DNA of 43,908 nt, taken from Treponemataceae bacterium. Lineage in GTDB: Bacteria; Spirochaetota; Spirochaetia; Treponematales; Treponemataceae. Position numbers and translations under genes: made by a program. Below are positions 27,924-36,257 of this stretch, one piece after another. Positions within the stretch are counted from its first letter, which is position 1, and every line of letters starts with the position of its first letter. Below the pieces are notes generated by a model. That model had not been told where the DNA came from, ran no database searches, and saw nothing but the letters and a program-made list of their open reading frames with translations. The stretch is from positions 1-43,908 of the forward strand of contig JBOFTD010000018.1 of the NCBI GenBank assembly GCA_051651885.1, given 5' to 3'.

Positions 27924-29108
27924 ATGAGAAAGCGTTTAGAATTTATTCTTGTTCCTGTCATTGTATTTGTAGCAGTTATTATTGCAGTAAATTGCCAAAA
28001 AACACTGTCATTGCCAGAGCCAAATGAAAATGGTGTTGTTACTGCGGACATGTGGAAATCCATCCATCCAGAAATTTATGAATCCTACATGTCGAATAAA
28101 GAAAATAGCATTGCTTTTGAGCATATTGAAGAATATCCGATGATTGGTGTTTTATATGAAGGCATGGCGTTTGATAAATATTACAAGACTGCTCGCGGGC
28201 ATAATTATTCACTTGAAGATTTACAGGCATCTGGGCGCCCTCATCCGCTTGCAAATTGTTTGACTTGCAAAACTCCCGACTACACAGCATTGGTAAATCG
28301 TGATGGTGTTCAAGCGTATAAATATGATTTTAATGAAACTATGGCAAAAATGACAGAAAATGTTTCTTGCTATAATTGTCATGGCAACGATGTTTCTGTG
28401 CTTGAAGTAACTCACCAGTATACAGCTACTGCATTGGGTGAAGATTTTGCTTCGGTGCACAAGGCTATTTTAACTTGCGGACAATGCCATGTTGAATACT
28501 ATTTTGATCCAGAAACACGCGAAGTTGTGCTTCCGTATAAAAACATTGCCCAAATGCATCCTGATAATATTTTAGCCTTTTACAATGATCGGGATTTTTC
28601 TGATTATACAAATCCTCGTACAAAGACACGTCAAATCAAAGTACAGCATCCAGAAATGGAAACTTTTTTGAGCGAAGGCTCTCCTCACAAGGATATGTAT
28701 ACGTGTGCAACATGTCACATGGGTGAAAAAACAGTGAATGGAAAGAAAATTACTTCACATAAATGGACAAGCCCGCTTGATAATCCTGAGTTGATTGCAA
28801 ATAATTGCTCTCAATGCCACAAAGACTTAAAAGGATTTGTTATGGTAATTCAAGAAAAGGCCGAAGAAAAAACTTTTTCTGTGGGCTATAAGCTTGAGGA
28901 CTTAACGAATCGACTTGCAATTGCGGTGAGTGAAAATGCTCTTCCTGAAAATGAGCTTGATGAAATTCGTACTCTTAATCGGACGGCACAATTTTACTGG
29001 GATTTTGTTTTTGTTGAAAACTCAGAAGGTGCTCATAACTCCAAGCTTACGCATTATTGCCTCGACAAGGCAAATGACTTAGCAGAACAAGCGTTACTTC
29101 TTTTATAG
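27924..29108 (+). CDS. nrfA: Pentahaem cytochrome c nitrite reductase, NrfA type
   Basis: CLTCK (28257..28271) plus CYNCH, CGQCH, CATCH and CSQCH. NrfA hallmarks RGHNYSLEDL and CGQCHVEYYF. N-terminal hydrophobic anchor and AAGGA SD. Confidence 0.85.
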   Translation: MRKRLEFILVPVIVFVAVIIAVNCQKTLSLPEPNENGVVTADMWKSIHPEIYESYMSNKENSIAFEHIEEYPMIGVLYEGMAFDKYYKTARGHNYSLEDLQASGRPHPLANCLTCKTPDYTALVNRDGVQAYKYDFNETMAKMTENVSCYNCHGNDVSVLEVTHQYTATALGEDFASVHKAILTCGQCHVEYYFDPETREVVLPYKNIAQMHPDNILAFYNDRDFSDYTNPRTKTRQIKVQHPEMETFLSEGSPHKDMYTCATCHMGEKTVNGKKITSHKWTSPLDNPELIANNCSQCHKDLKGFVMVIQEKAEEKTFSVGYKLEDLTNRLAIAVSENALPENELDEIRTLNRTAQFYWDFVFVENSEGAHNSKLTHYCLDKANDLAEQALLLL

Positions 29109-29117
29109 CATAATTTT

Positions 29118-29150
29118 CAAGAAGCTCGCTTTCTTGTGGGCTTTTTGTTT
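29118..29150 (+). terminator. Terminator-like hairpin between nrfA and ccsB (possible partial attenuator)
   Basis: CAAGAA-7 nt-TTCTTG followed by tgggcTTTTTgTTTT. Confidence 0.35.
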
Positions 29151-29164
29151 TAAGTACACTTATT

Positions 29165-30448
29165 GTGAAAATCAAATCCATAAAAAAAATATTAAAACTT
29201 TTTCATTCAATGCAGTTTGCAATTGCTCTTCTTATCGTGATTTGTCTTGTTTGCACTCTTGTTAGTTTTATTCCTCAAGGAAATACGCCAACGTACTATC
29301 AGAAAAACTATTCGCCGCTTGCTGCTACTCTGATTATGTTTTGTCAGCTTGATAAAGCATTTACGAGTTGGTGGTTTGCTTCTCTGGTGATTTTGCTTTG
29401 TTTTAATTTAGTTTTATGCAATATTATTCGTTTTCCGCATATTTACAAACAATTTCGAAAGCCTTTTGAACCTGAAACGATTGCTTTAAATGATCAATTT
29501 TTTCTTGGCGAAATTCCTCTTAATCAGAAAGATTCTTTTTTTGCAAAGCTTAAATGTAAAAAAATCCTACAAAAAGAAAATTATATGTATGCAGAAAAAA
29601 ATAAAATTTCTGTATGGGGTGCGTGGCTTTGTCATTGTGGGATGTTAATTTTGATTGTCGGGTTTATGTACGGAACGCTTTATTCGATTGAGTCAATTGT
29701 GTACGGCGTGCAAGGAATGACGCTTGATGTTGCAAAAACGCCGTTGAAAATCACGATTGATAAATTTGATATTCAGTTACGAAGTGATTTTACGGTTAAT
29801 CAATATATTTCTGATTTGACTGTTGAAAATAGGGAGACAAATGTAACGATTTCTGGGCAATCGATGGTAAATCACCCTCTCGATATTTTTGGCTACACCA
29901 TTTATCAAAACTCGACTGGCTGGGCAAATGACGTGAAAGTTTGGTATAAAGATGAGCTGGTTCAGCATAAAACTGTTTATATGGGGGATACTTTTGAGTT
30001 CGATAGTATTCCGATAACGTTTGCTTTTTTTAAGTTTTTTCCTGATTTTTATGATGACGGTCATGATCATGGGCCAACATCAAAAACGCCTCTTTTGATA
30101 AATCCTAAAACGCAATTTGCTGTTTATTATGAACAAAAAATGCTTGATATGAATTATGTTGGAATGGATGAAGATATTACGCTTGATAATTACAAGGTGC
30201 AACTTTCTAATCCGCAGCAATATACTCTTTTGCAGATTAGAAAAGATCCTTCAATTTTGGTGACGGCATTTGGAAGTTTTTTAGTTATTTTTTCACTGTT
30301 TATTACTTTTTATTTAAATTTGACACAATGCGTTTTGGTTATTGGCACTGATTGTGCACGAATTTACGGCCGCTGTGCAAAACACAAAAAAATGTTTGCC
30401 GATCGCGTAGAAAAAATTATACAATTAAATAATCCTAAGGTGGAGTAA
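29165..30448 (+). CDS. ccsB: ResB/CcsB cytochrome c biogenesis (system II) protein
   Basis: GTG start. ResB-like N-terminus (SMQFAIALLIVICLVCTLVSFIPQG), a large soluble domain and a C-terminal TM helix. Confidence 0.78.
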   Translation: MKIKSIKKILKLFHSMQFAIALLIVICLVCTLVSFIPQGNTPTYYQKNYSPLAATLIMFCQLDKAFTSWWFASLVILLCFNLVLCNIIRFPHIYKQFRKPFEPETIALNDQFFLGEIPLNQKDSFFAKLKCKKILQKENYMYAEKNKISVWGAWLCHCGMLILIVGFMYGTLYSIESIVYGVQGMTLDVAKTPLKITIDKFDIQLRSDFTVNQYISDLTVENRETNVTISGQSMVNHPLDIFGYTIYQNSTGWANDVKVWYKDELVQHKTVYMGDTFEFDSIPITFAFFKFFPDFYDDGHDHGPTSKTPLLINPKTQFAVYYEQKMLDMNYVGMDEDITLDNYKVQLSNPQQYTLLQIRKDPSILVTAFGSFLVIFSLFITFYLNLTQCVLVIGTDCARIYGRCAKHKKMFADRVEKIIQLNNPKVE

Positions 30449-30454
30449 ATAAAT

Positions 30455-31276
30455 ATGGATTTTACTGTTTTGGAGTTGAACTTTTTTTGGGCAAGCGTTG
30501 TTTTGTATTTTGTAGCGACGGTTGCATATTTTTTATTTTTTGTTATCAAAAAAGAATTTTTAGGACGAATTGCATATTCAATTATTTTTTCAGCGTTTTT
30601 TATTCAAACCATGGCAATTATTTTTCGATCTATTGCTGCAAAGCGATTACCATTGACAAATCAGTATGAATTTGCAACGTCTTTTGCTTGGGGAATTGTT
30701 TTATGCTTTTTTATTTTTGAGCGGCTCTATAAATTTAAGGCACTTGGAACCTTTGTTTCTCCTATTGTTTTTTTGATTATTGGGTATGCCTCGATGCAAA
30801 ATAAAGCTATTCGCGAATTAATGCCAGCCTTGCAAAGCAATTGGTTAAGTTTCCATGTATCAACAGCAATTATTTCGTATGGAGCATTTGGTGTTTCCTT
30901 TGCGACCTCTATTTTATATCTGATCCGTAGTAAAATGGCGGATTCTGAGTTTAACAAAAAAAATATTCCGAGTTTAGACAAAATTGATTTAATTACGTAT
31001 CGAACTGTTGCTTTGGGGTTTTTATTTTTGACACTCGTTATTGTCACTGGGGCAATTTGGGCAGAGCGTGCGTGGGGACGCTATTGGTCGTGGGATCCCA
31101 AAGAAACATGGTCTTTGGTAACATGGATTATTTACGCCCTTTATTTGCATGTGCGATTATCGCGTGGCTGGGAAGGAAAACCCGCTGCACTTTTCGCAAT
31201 TATTGGCTTTTCCTGCGTTATTATTACTTATATTGGTGTAAATATATTTATGCCAAGTATTCATAGTTACGCATAA
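30455..31276 (+). CDS. ccsA: CcsA cytochrome c assembly protein (system II haem handling)
   Basis: Trp-rich WWD motif WAERAWGRYWSWDPKETWS in a polytopic membrane protein. GGTGGAG SD. Confidence 0.85.
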   Translation: MDFTVLELNFFWASVVLYFVATVAYFLFFVIKKEFLGRIAYSIIFSAFFIQTMAIIFRSIAAKRLPLTNQYEFATSFAWGIVLCFFIFERLYKFKALGTFVSPIVFLIIGYASMQNKAIRELMPALQSNWLSFHVSTAIISYGAFGVSFATSILYLIRSKMADSEFNKKNIPSLDKIDLITYRTVALGFLFLTLVIVTGAIWAERAWGRYWSWDPKETWSLVTWIIYALYLHVRLSRGWEGKPAALFAIIGFSCVIITYIGVNIFMPSIHSYA

Positions 31277-31279
31277 ATG

Positions 31280-31310
31280 ACTTCCTCTTTAAGAAGAGGA
31301 AGTTTTTCTT
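31280..31310 (+). terminator. Strong intrinsic terminator of the nrfA-ccsBA unit
   Basis: Perfect 10-bp stem (ACTTCCTCTT / AAGAGGAAGT), 4-nt loop, then TTTTCTTT. It starts 4 nt after the ccsA stop. Confidence 0.8.
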
Positions 31311-31339
31311 TGTACTTTTTTCTGTATTTGGAGAGTAAA

Positions 31340-31366
31340 GCCTTTATTTGTGAAAGGCATTTTTTA
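31340..31366. terminator. Second hairpin, possibly the terminator for the convergent lipoprotein gene
   Basis: GCCTTT-7 nt-AAAGGC followed by ATTTTTTA. Confidence 0.4.
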
Positions 31367-31451
31367 TTATCAAAATTCTCCGCGTCTTTTTTTAGAACAA
31401 ATCGATCATTTAAAATTGTAATAAGGCTGCCTTCTCAGAACAAAGAAGATT

Positions 31452-32735
31452 CTAATTTACATTTTCAAAAAAGATAACGAGGCTTGAAATATTTTTATCA
31501 ACAATAATATTATTGCGAACGGTCGAGCCATCAATGCTTTCAAGTCGGATTCCATGTTGTTCAATTCTGTATAAAAAATGAACATCCTTGTCGGCGTTGT
31601 CAAACTCAAAAGTGATTACGCCATCATAAGTATTTGCAAGATTATCCTGCAAATGGAGTTTAAAGTCAACTCTACCTTTTCCCAATGCCGTTTTTGGAAT
31701 TAAAGTAGGGATAAGTGCTGAGTAGCCTTCCCACAGAAAAGTTTTATCGCCAAAAAATTGCAAATCTCCATAATTCGTGCTAATAAAATAATTTCCTGCG
31801 TTTAAAATTCTGGCATACAGTTCATTACGGCGATTTTGCTCATTAGTAATTACTTTATCAATGGACTCTGTTGGATTGACAAAGGTAAATGCGATTGGCA
31901 TTCCTTTTTCATCAACATATTGCACGGAAATAGTATTTTCTCCTCGTACCATAACCGTAAGAGGCGTTCCTTTCAAAGTATAAATATCTTTTTGTATTTC
32001 TTCAAATCCCTCATACGGATACGATAATACGATATCTTTTGTGGTAAGTTTTACTGTTTTTGTTGTAATTCCCATATCAAAAGAATAGTTTTTTTTCAGC
32101 TCTGTTAAATCAATACGATTATTAGTAATCATTGATTGATAAAAGTCGGGCACCCATGTTTTATCAAAAAGCTCAAGCCCTATTTCATCTTGCGAAAGTG
32201 ATTCTTGTACCGCAAGCTGCTCTTTTGTTTCGTCAAAAAGATCGAGGTTGTATGAAAAACACCAGCCAGTCGCGCCCTCATTTGTTAAAATACGAAACCA
32301 ATTTCCATCAAAAGTTCGCCTTCCAGACGTGATAGTTTCATGCTCCCCTTTTTTGATAATTTTTATCATCTCGTTTTTGCGAAGACGATACACTTGGCGC
32401 GAAGTATTTACGGCTTCAAAGCGTACTGGAAGGCCATCGAGCTTCGTGCGTGCATAAATATGGCGATATTCTTCCATTTGCTTGACAGTTTCTTGTGTTT
32501 TGTGTTTTGATGCTGGCGTTGAAATTTGCCATTGCGGAATTTCAAATTTTTCCTTGTTGTCCATTGTATTAACAACGTAAACCTTGTTGATATTTGACTT
32601 TATATGAACCTGTACAATATCTCCATCATAAATATTTCGCTCTGGAATTGACCATAAAACAACACTGTAGCCCAAATTGCGTGAACAAGAAGTTACCAAC
32701 GCAATTAAAACAGCAATAAAAAACAAGTTTTTCAT
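31452..32735 (-). CDS. Hypothetical lipoprotein (427 aa)
   Basis: The signal ends in LVTSC. No family recognised. Confidence 0.5.
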   Translation of the reverse strand: MKNLFFIAVLIALVTSCSRNLGYSVVLWSIPERNIYDGDIVQVHIKSNINKVYVVNTMDNKEKFEIPQWQISTPASKHKTQETVKQMEEYRHIYARTKLDGLPVRFEAVNTSRQVYRLRKNEMIKIIKKGEHETITSGRRTFDGNWFRILTNEGATGWCFSYNLDLFDETKEQLAVQESLSQDEIGLELFDKTWVPDFYQSMITNNRIDLTELKKNYSFDMGITTKTVKLTTKDIVLSYPYEGFEEIQKDIYTLKGTPLTVMVRGENTISVQYVDEKGMPIAFTFVNPTESIDKVITNEQNRRNELYARILNAGNYFISTNYGDLQFFGDKTFLWEGYSALIPTLIPKTALGKGRVDFKLHLQDNLANTYDGVITFEFDNADKDVHFLYRIEQHGIRLESIDGSTVRNNIIVDKNISSLVIFFENVN

Positions 32736-32750
32736 ACTTCAAACGTATCA
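32733..32750 (-). promoter_or_regulatory. Extended -10 TGATACGTT placed 6 nt before ATG 32735, with no SD
   Basis: The minus strand reads TGATACGTTtgaagtATG. Confidence 0.45.
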
Positions 32751-32807
32751 CATTGTTTAAACTCAATCAAGACTTCTAAAATGAAGAATGACATCGTTCG
32801 GGCGTTT

Positions 32808-32833
32808 CTTTTTCAATAGTACTATTGAAAAAG
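32808..32833. promoter_or_regulatory. Perfect 26-bp palindrome (candidate operator)
   Basis: CTTTTTCAATAGT|ACTATTGAAAAAG, in the divergent region between the lipoprotein gene and mutS. Confidence 0.4.
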
Positions 32834-32924
32834 TCGCTGCTTTCGCTTGAATCTTTTTTGCTTCGCACAAAAGGATATCGCTTCACCAGCTAACGCAGCA
32901 TATTTTTACTTAATAAACAAATAC

Positions 32925-32962
32925 TTGTTTTTTCTCCTTATACTCGCTATAATACGAGCGTG
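32925..32962 (+). promoter_or_regulatory. TTGTTT-17-TATAAT placed 6 nt before the mutS GTG, with no SD
   Basis: The sequence reads TTGTTTtttctccttatactcgcTATAATacgagcGTG. Confidence 0.45.
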
Positions 32963-35575
32963 AAAGTCGTTTCTGAGCAAAATGAAAAAAAAGATTCTCC
33001 AAAGTCTCTTACTCCTTTGATGGTGCAATATCAAAAAATTAAGGCTGCCCATCAAGATGCGGTATTATTTTTTCGGCTCGGGGATTTTTATGAAATGTTT
33101 AACACTGATGCTCTGGAAGTTTCGCGGCTTTTACAATTAACGCTTACACACCGTGGAGGCGATCCCATGTGCGGAGTTCCTCATCATGCGGCAAAAATTT
33201 ATATTTCGCGGCTTTTAAAACACGGTAAAAAAATTGCCATTTGTGAACAAGTCGGCACTCCAACGGGCAAAGGATTAACCGAGCGCAAAGTTGTTGAAGT
33301 TATCACACCCGGCTCAACGGTCGAAGACGATTATCTTGAAAATGGAACTCACAATTTTATTGCTTGCTTGTGTACGAATCTTGATGCACGTAATAAAGAT
33401 TTTATTTCATTTTCATATCTTGATGTAAGCACAGCCGATTTTTTTACTTCATCATGGCATAAAAATGATTTAAATGATCATGCAACAAAAGAAATTTCAC
33501 GACTTATGCCAAAAGAATTACTTGTTTCGCAAGACTTGGAAAAAGAAACATGGCTTACTCGCTTACAAGAAACTTATCCATCAATGATTGTTTCGTTCTA
33601 CCAAAATTGGCATTTTAGCCAAGAATTGTCATACAAACGCCTTTTACAGCAATTTAAAACACTTAATTTAAAAAGCTTCGAATTGTTAGAAACTTCTCCC
33701 GAGATTGCTTCTGCAGGATTTTTGATTGATTATGTTTCTAAAAATCTTGGTTCAACGTTGTCTCATATTACAAGTATTTCTCGCTTCATTGATTCAAAAT
33801 ATATTATTTTCGATGAATCTTCTCGAAAAAATTTAGAGATTTTAACCAACCTTCGCGACGGATCGTCACAATACACCTTGTTTGAAGTGCTTGCAAAAAC
33901 AATCACACCGATGGGAAATCGCTTGTTACGCTCGTGGCTTTCTGCTCCGCTGACTGATAAAAAGGCGATAGAACATAGACACACTCAGGTGAGTGAATTT
34001 TTCAACGACCGCAAACTCCTCGAGATGGTACGAAAAAACCTTTTGGGCATTTCTGACATTGAACGAATTTCGAGTCGAATTGCTATGGATCGGGCTATTG
34101 CGCGCGATTTGAATGCACTCAAAGAAAGTCTTAAAGCTTTTATTACCGTGCGAAGTTTTTTTACACTTGAGCGTGATTTTTGTCGTATTTCCCTTGATGC
34201 GGCTACAGAAATTGTTTCATTAATTGAAAATGCGATTCTTGATAGTCCTGCTAATGCTTTGAATGAAGGTGCTTTAATCAAAAGAGGATATTCTGACTAT
34301 CTTGATCACTTGCATGATGTCCAAAATAATTTTTCAAGTATTTTGGATGATTATCTTGCTCAAGAAAAGGAAAAAACAGGCATTCAAAATCTAAAAGTCC
34401 GATGTAATCGAATAAACGGTTACTATATGGAAGTGAGCAAAGGCAACCTCGATGCCGTTCCGGAACACTTTATTCGTCGTCGTTCCATGATGAATGGAGA
34501 TCGTTTTACGACTGATCGGCTCATAGAGCTGGAGCAAGAACTTTTAAGTGCGAGTGAAAAAATTATTGATGAAGAGCGACGCCTTTTTTTAGCAATTCGT
34601 GAACAGTTACAAACTCACATTGCGTATCTTTTTTCTGTCTCGCATGAAATCGCAGAGCTCGATGTTATTTCAAATTTTGCTTTTTGTGCCCAAACATATA
34701 GCTGGACTCTTCCTCAAATGACAACGGACGATTCTCTTGAAATTTATCAAGGCCGACACCCTGTGGTTGAATTTCATTTACCTTCGGGAGAATTTGTTCC
34801 AAATGATTTAATTCTTGCCGAGCAGCCGTTTGCATTAATAACTGGGCCAAATATGGCAGGCAAAAGTACTTATTTGCGTCAAACAGCATTGATTGTTTTG
34901 CTTGCGCAAATGGGCTCGTATGTGCCTGCAACAAAGGCGGTCATTAGCATTGTTGATCGTATTTTTTGTCGCGTTGGGGCATCTGATAATCTTGCTCGCG
35001 GTGAGTCAACTTTTTTGATTGAAATGAGTGAAACCGCTCATATTTTGCGAAAAGCATCTCGGCAAAGCCTTGTTATTATGGATGAAGTAGGGCGGGGCAC
35101 GTCAACGGAGGACGGGCTTTCGATTGCATGGGCAATTTCTGAATATATTTTGAATTGTATTGGCGTTAAAACGCTATTTGCCACGCATTATCATGAATTA
35201 ACTCGGCTTGTTCATGATAACATGCAACTTTTATGTTTTGAAGTTTTTGAAGAAAATGATGTCATTACTTTTTTAAAACGAGTGAAAGTAGGAGCAAGTG
35301 AAAATTCGTATGGAATTCATGTTGCAAAACTTGCAGGCCTTCCGCATAATGTTGTCCAACGTGCAAATGAGCTTTTACAAATAATTCAGAAGCAAACTTA
35401 TCAACAAAAAATGCCAGTTCCACAGCAAATATTGGAAATGCAAAAAAGCGAAACCTTGGATCTTTTTAGCAATGAAGATTTACTGATTAATGAAATCCTC
35501 TCTCTTGATGTGAATAATCTTACTCCGCTTGAGGCACTGCAAAAAATTACGCACTGGAAAACATCGCTACAATAA
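32960..35575 (+). CDS. mutS: DNA mismatch repair protein MutS
   Basis: TPLMVQYQKIK..FFRLGDFYEMF, Walker A GPNMAGKST, and DEVGRGTST. The only in-frame start upstream of the conserved N-terminus is GTG 32960. Confidence 0.93.
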   Translation: MKVVSEQNEKKDSPKSLTPLMVQYQKIKAAHQDAVLFFRLGDFYEMFNTDALEVSRLLQLTLTHRGGDPMCGVPHHAAKIYISRLLKHGKKIAICEQVGTPTGKGLTERKVVEVITPGSTVEDDYLENGTHNFIACLCTNLDARNKDFISFSYLDVSTADFFTSSWHKNDLNDHATKEISRLMPKELLVSQDLEKETWLTRLQETYPSMIVSFYQNWHFSQELSYKRLLQQFKTLNLKSFELLETSPEIASAGFLIDYVSKNLGSTLSHITSISRFIDSKYIIFDESSRKNLEILTNLRDGSSQYTLFEVLAKTITPMGNRLLRSWLSAPLTDKKAIEHRHTQVSEFFNDRKLLEMVRKNLLGISDIERISSRIAMDRAIARDLNALKESLKAFITVRSFFTLERDFCRISLDAATEIVSLIENAILDSPANALNEGALIKRGYSDYLDHLHDVQNNFSSILDDYLAQEKEKTGIQNLKVRCNRINGYYMEVSKGNLDAVPEHFIRRRSMMNGDRFTTDRLIELEQELLSASEKIIDEERRLFLAIREQLQTHIAYLFSVSHEIAELDVISNFAFCAQTYSWTLPQMTTDDSLEIYQGRHPVVEFHLPSGEFVPNDLILAEQPFALITGPNMAGKSTYLRQTALIVLLAQMGSYVPATKAVISIVDRIFCRVGASDNLARGESTFLIEMSETAHILRKASRQSLVIMDEVGRGTSTEDGLSIAWAISEYILNCIGVKTLFATHYHELTRLVHDNMQLLCFEVFEENDVITFLKRVKVGASENSYGIHVAKLAGLPHNVVQRANELLQIIQKQTYQQKMPVPQQILEMQKSETLDLFSNEDLLINEILSLDVNNLTPLEALQKITHWKTSLQ

Positions 35576-35621
35576 TAGAATATTGAGTAAAATCAAATTT
35601 TTGACAAACAAACTTTTTTAA

Positions 35622-35650
35622 TTGACAAATATAGAAAAACTGCATAAGCT
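35622..35650 (+). promoter_or_regulatory. Promoter-like TTGACA-17-TAAGCT
   Basis: It shares the 14-mer AATTGACAAATATA with 36209..36222. Confidence 0.4.
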
Positions 35651-35678
35651 TTAGCAACAAACTACTTAAAGGATTTTT

Positions 35679-36182
35679 ATGAGCAATTACATAACTCCAA
35701 CAAATTACAGCCCTCAAAATGAAATTGGCGACAGTGAATTACTAGAAGAGGCTTATCGTGGAAATTTATCAAATGTCTGGTATCTCCTAACCAAGGGAGT
35801 TGATGCAAATCAGCAAAATATTGAGGGAGAAACAGCCTTAATAATTGCTTCCATAAAAGGTGATTTCGATCTAGCGAATCTACTCATTGAGGCAGGTGCT
35901 AATGTAAACCTTCCCAATGAAAATGGAGCTAGCCCTTTAATGTTTGCCGCCATGAACGGTCATTCCTATATTGTAACGTTGCTTATCGATAAAGGTGCTA
36001 CTATTAATCACCAAGATGAAAACGGAGAGACAGCCCTCATGTGGGCTTCGTATAATAGACGCTTACATGTCGCAGAATTTCTTTTAGCTAACGGAGCTAA
36101 TCCGCATTACCAAAATTCAAATGGATTAACAGCCTTTGACCTTGCACACGATAACGAAAAAGAAGGCATTGCTACGCTTTAA
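35679..36182 (+). CDS. Ankyrin-repeat protein (about 4 repeats, 167 aa)
   Basis: Repeats of the G-TALM-A---GH---V--LL--GA--N type. No signal peptide. AAGGA SD. Confidence 0.85.
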   Translation: MSNYITPTNYSPQNEIGDSELLEEAYRGNLSNVWYLLTKGVDANQQNIEGETALIIASIKGDFDLANLLIEAGANVNLPNENGASPLMFAAMNGHSYIVTLLIDKGATINHQDENGETALMWASYNRRLHVAEFLLANGANPHYQNSNGLTAFDLAHDNEKEGIATL

Positions 36183-36210
36183 ATCTTTTTTATAAGTGAC
36201 AATAACAGAA

Positions 36211-36239
36211 TTGACAAATATATACAAAAAAGCTATAAA
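36211..36239 (+). promoter_or_regulatory. Promoter-like TTGACA-17-TATAAA
   Basis: Paralogous to 35622..35650. AAGGAGGA SD follows. Confidence 0.45.
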
Positions 36240-36257
36240 TTAAAAAGGAGGATTTTG

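Noticed and set aside
27827-28027. A 66-aa ORF upstream of and overlapping nrfA, considered as a possible NrfH
   Set aside because: It has no CxxCH motifs and a low-complexity sequence. It overlaps the nrfA start and lies in the 5' leader.
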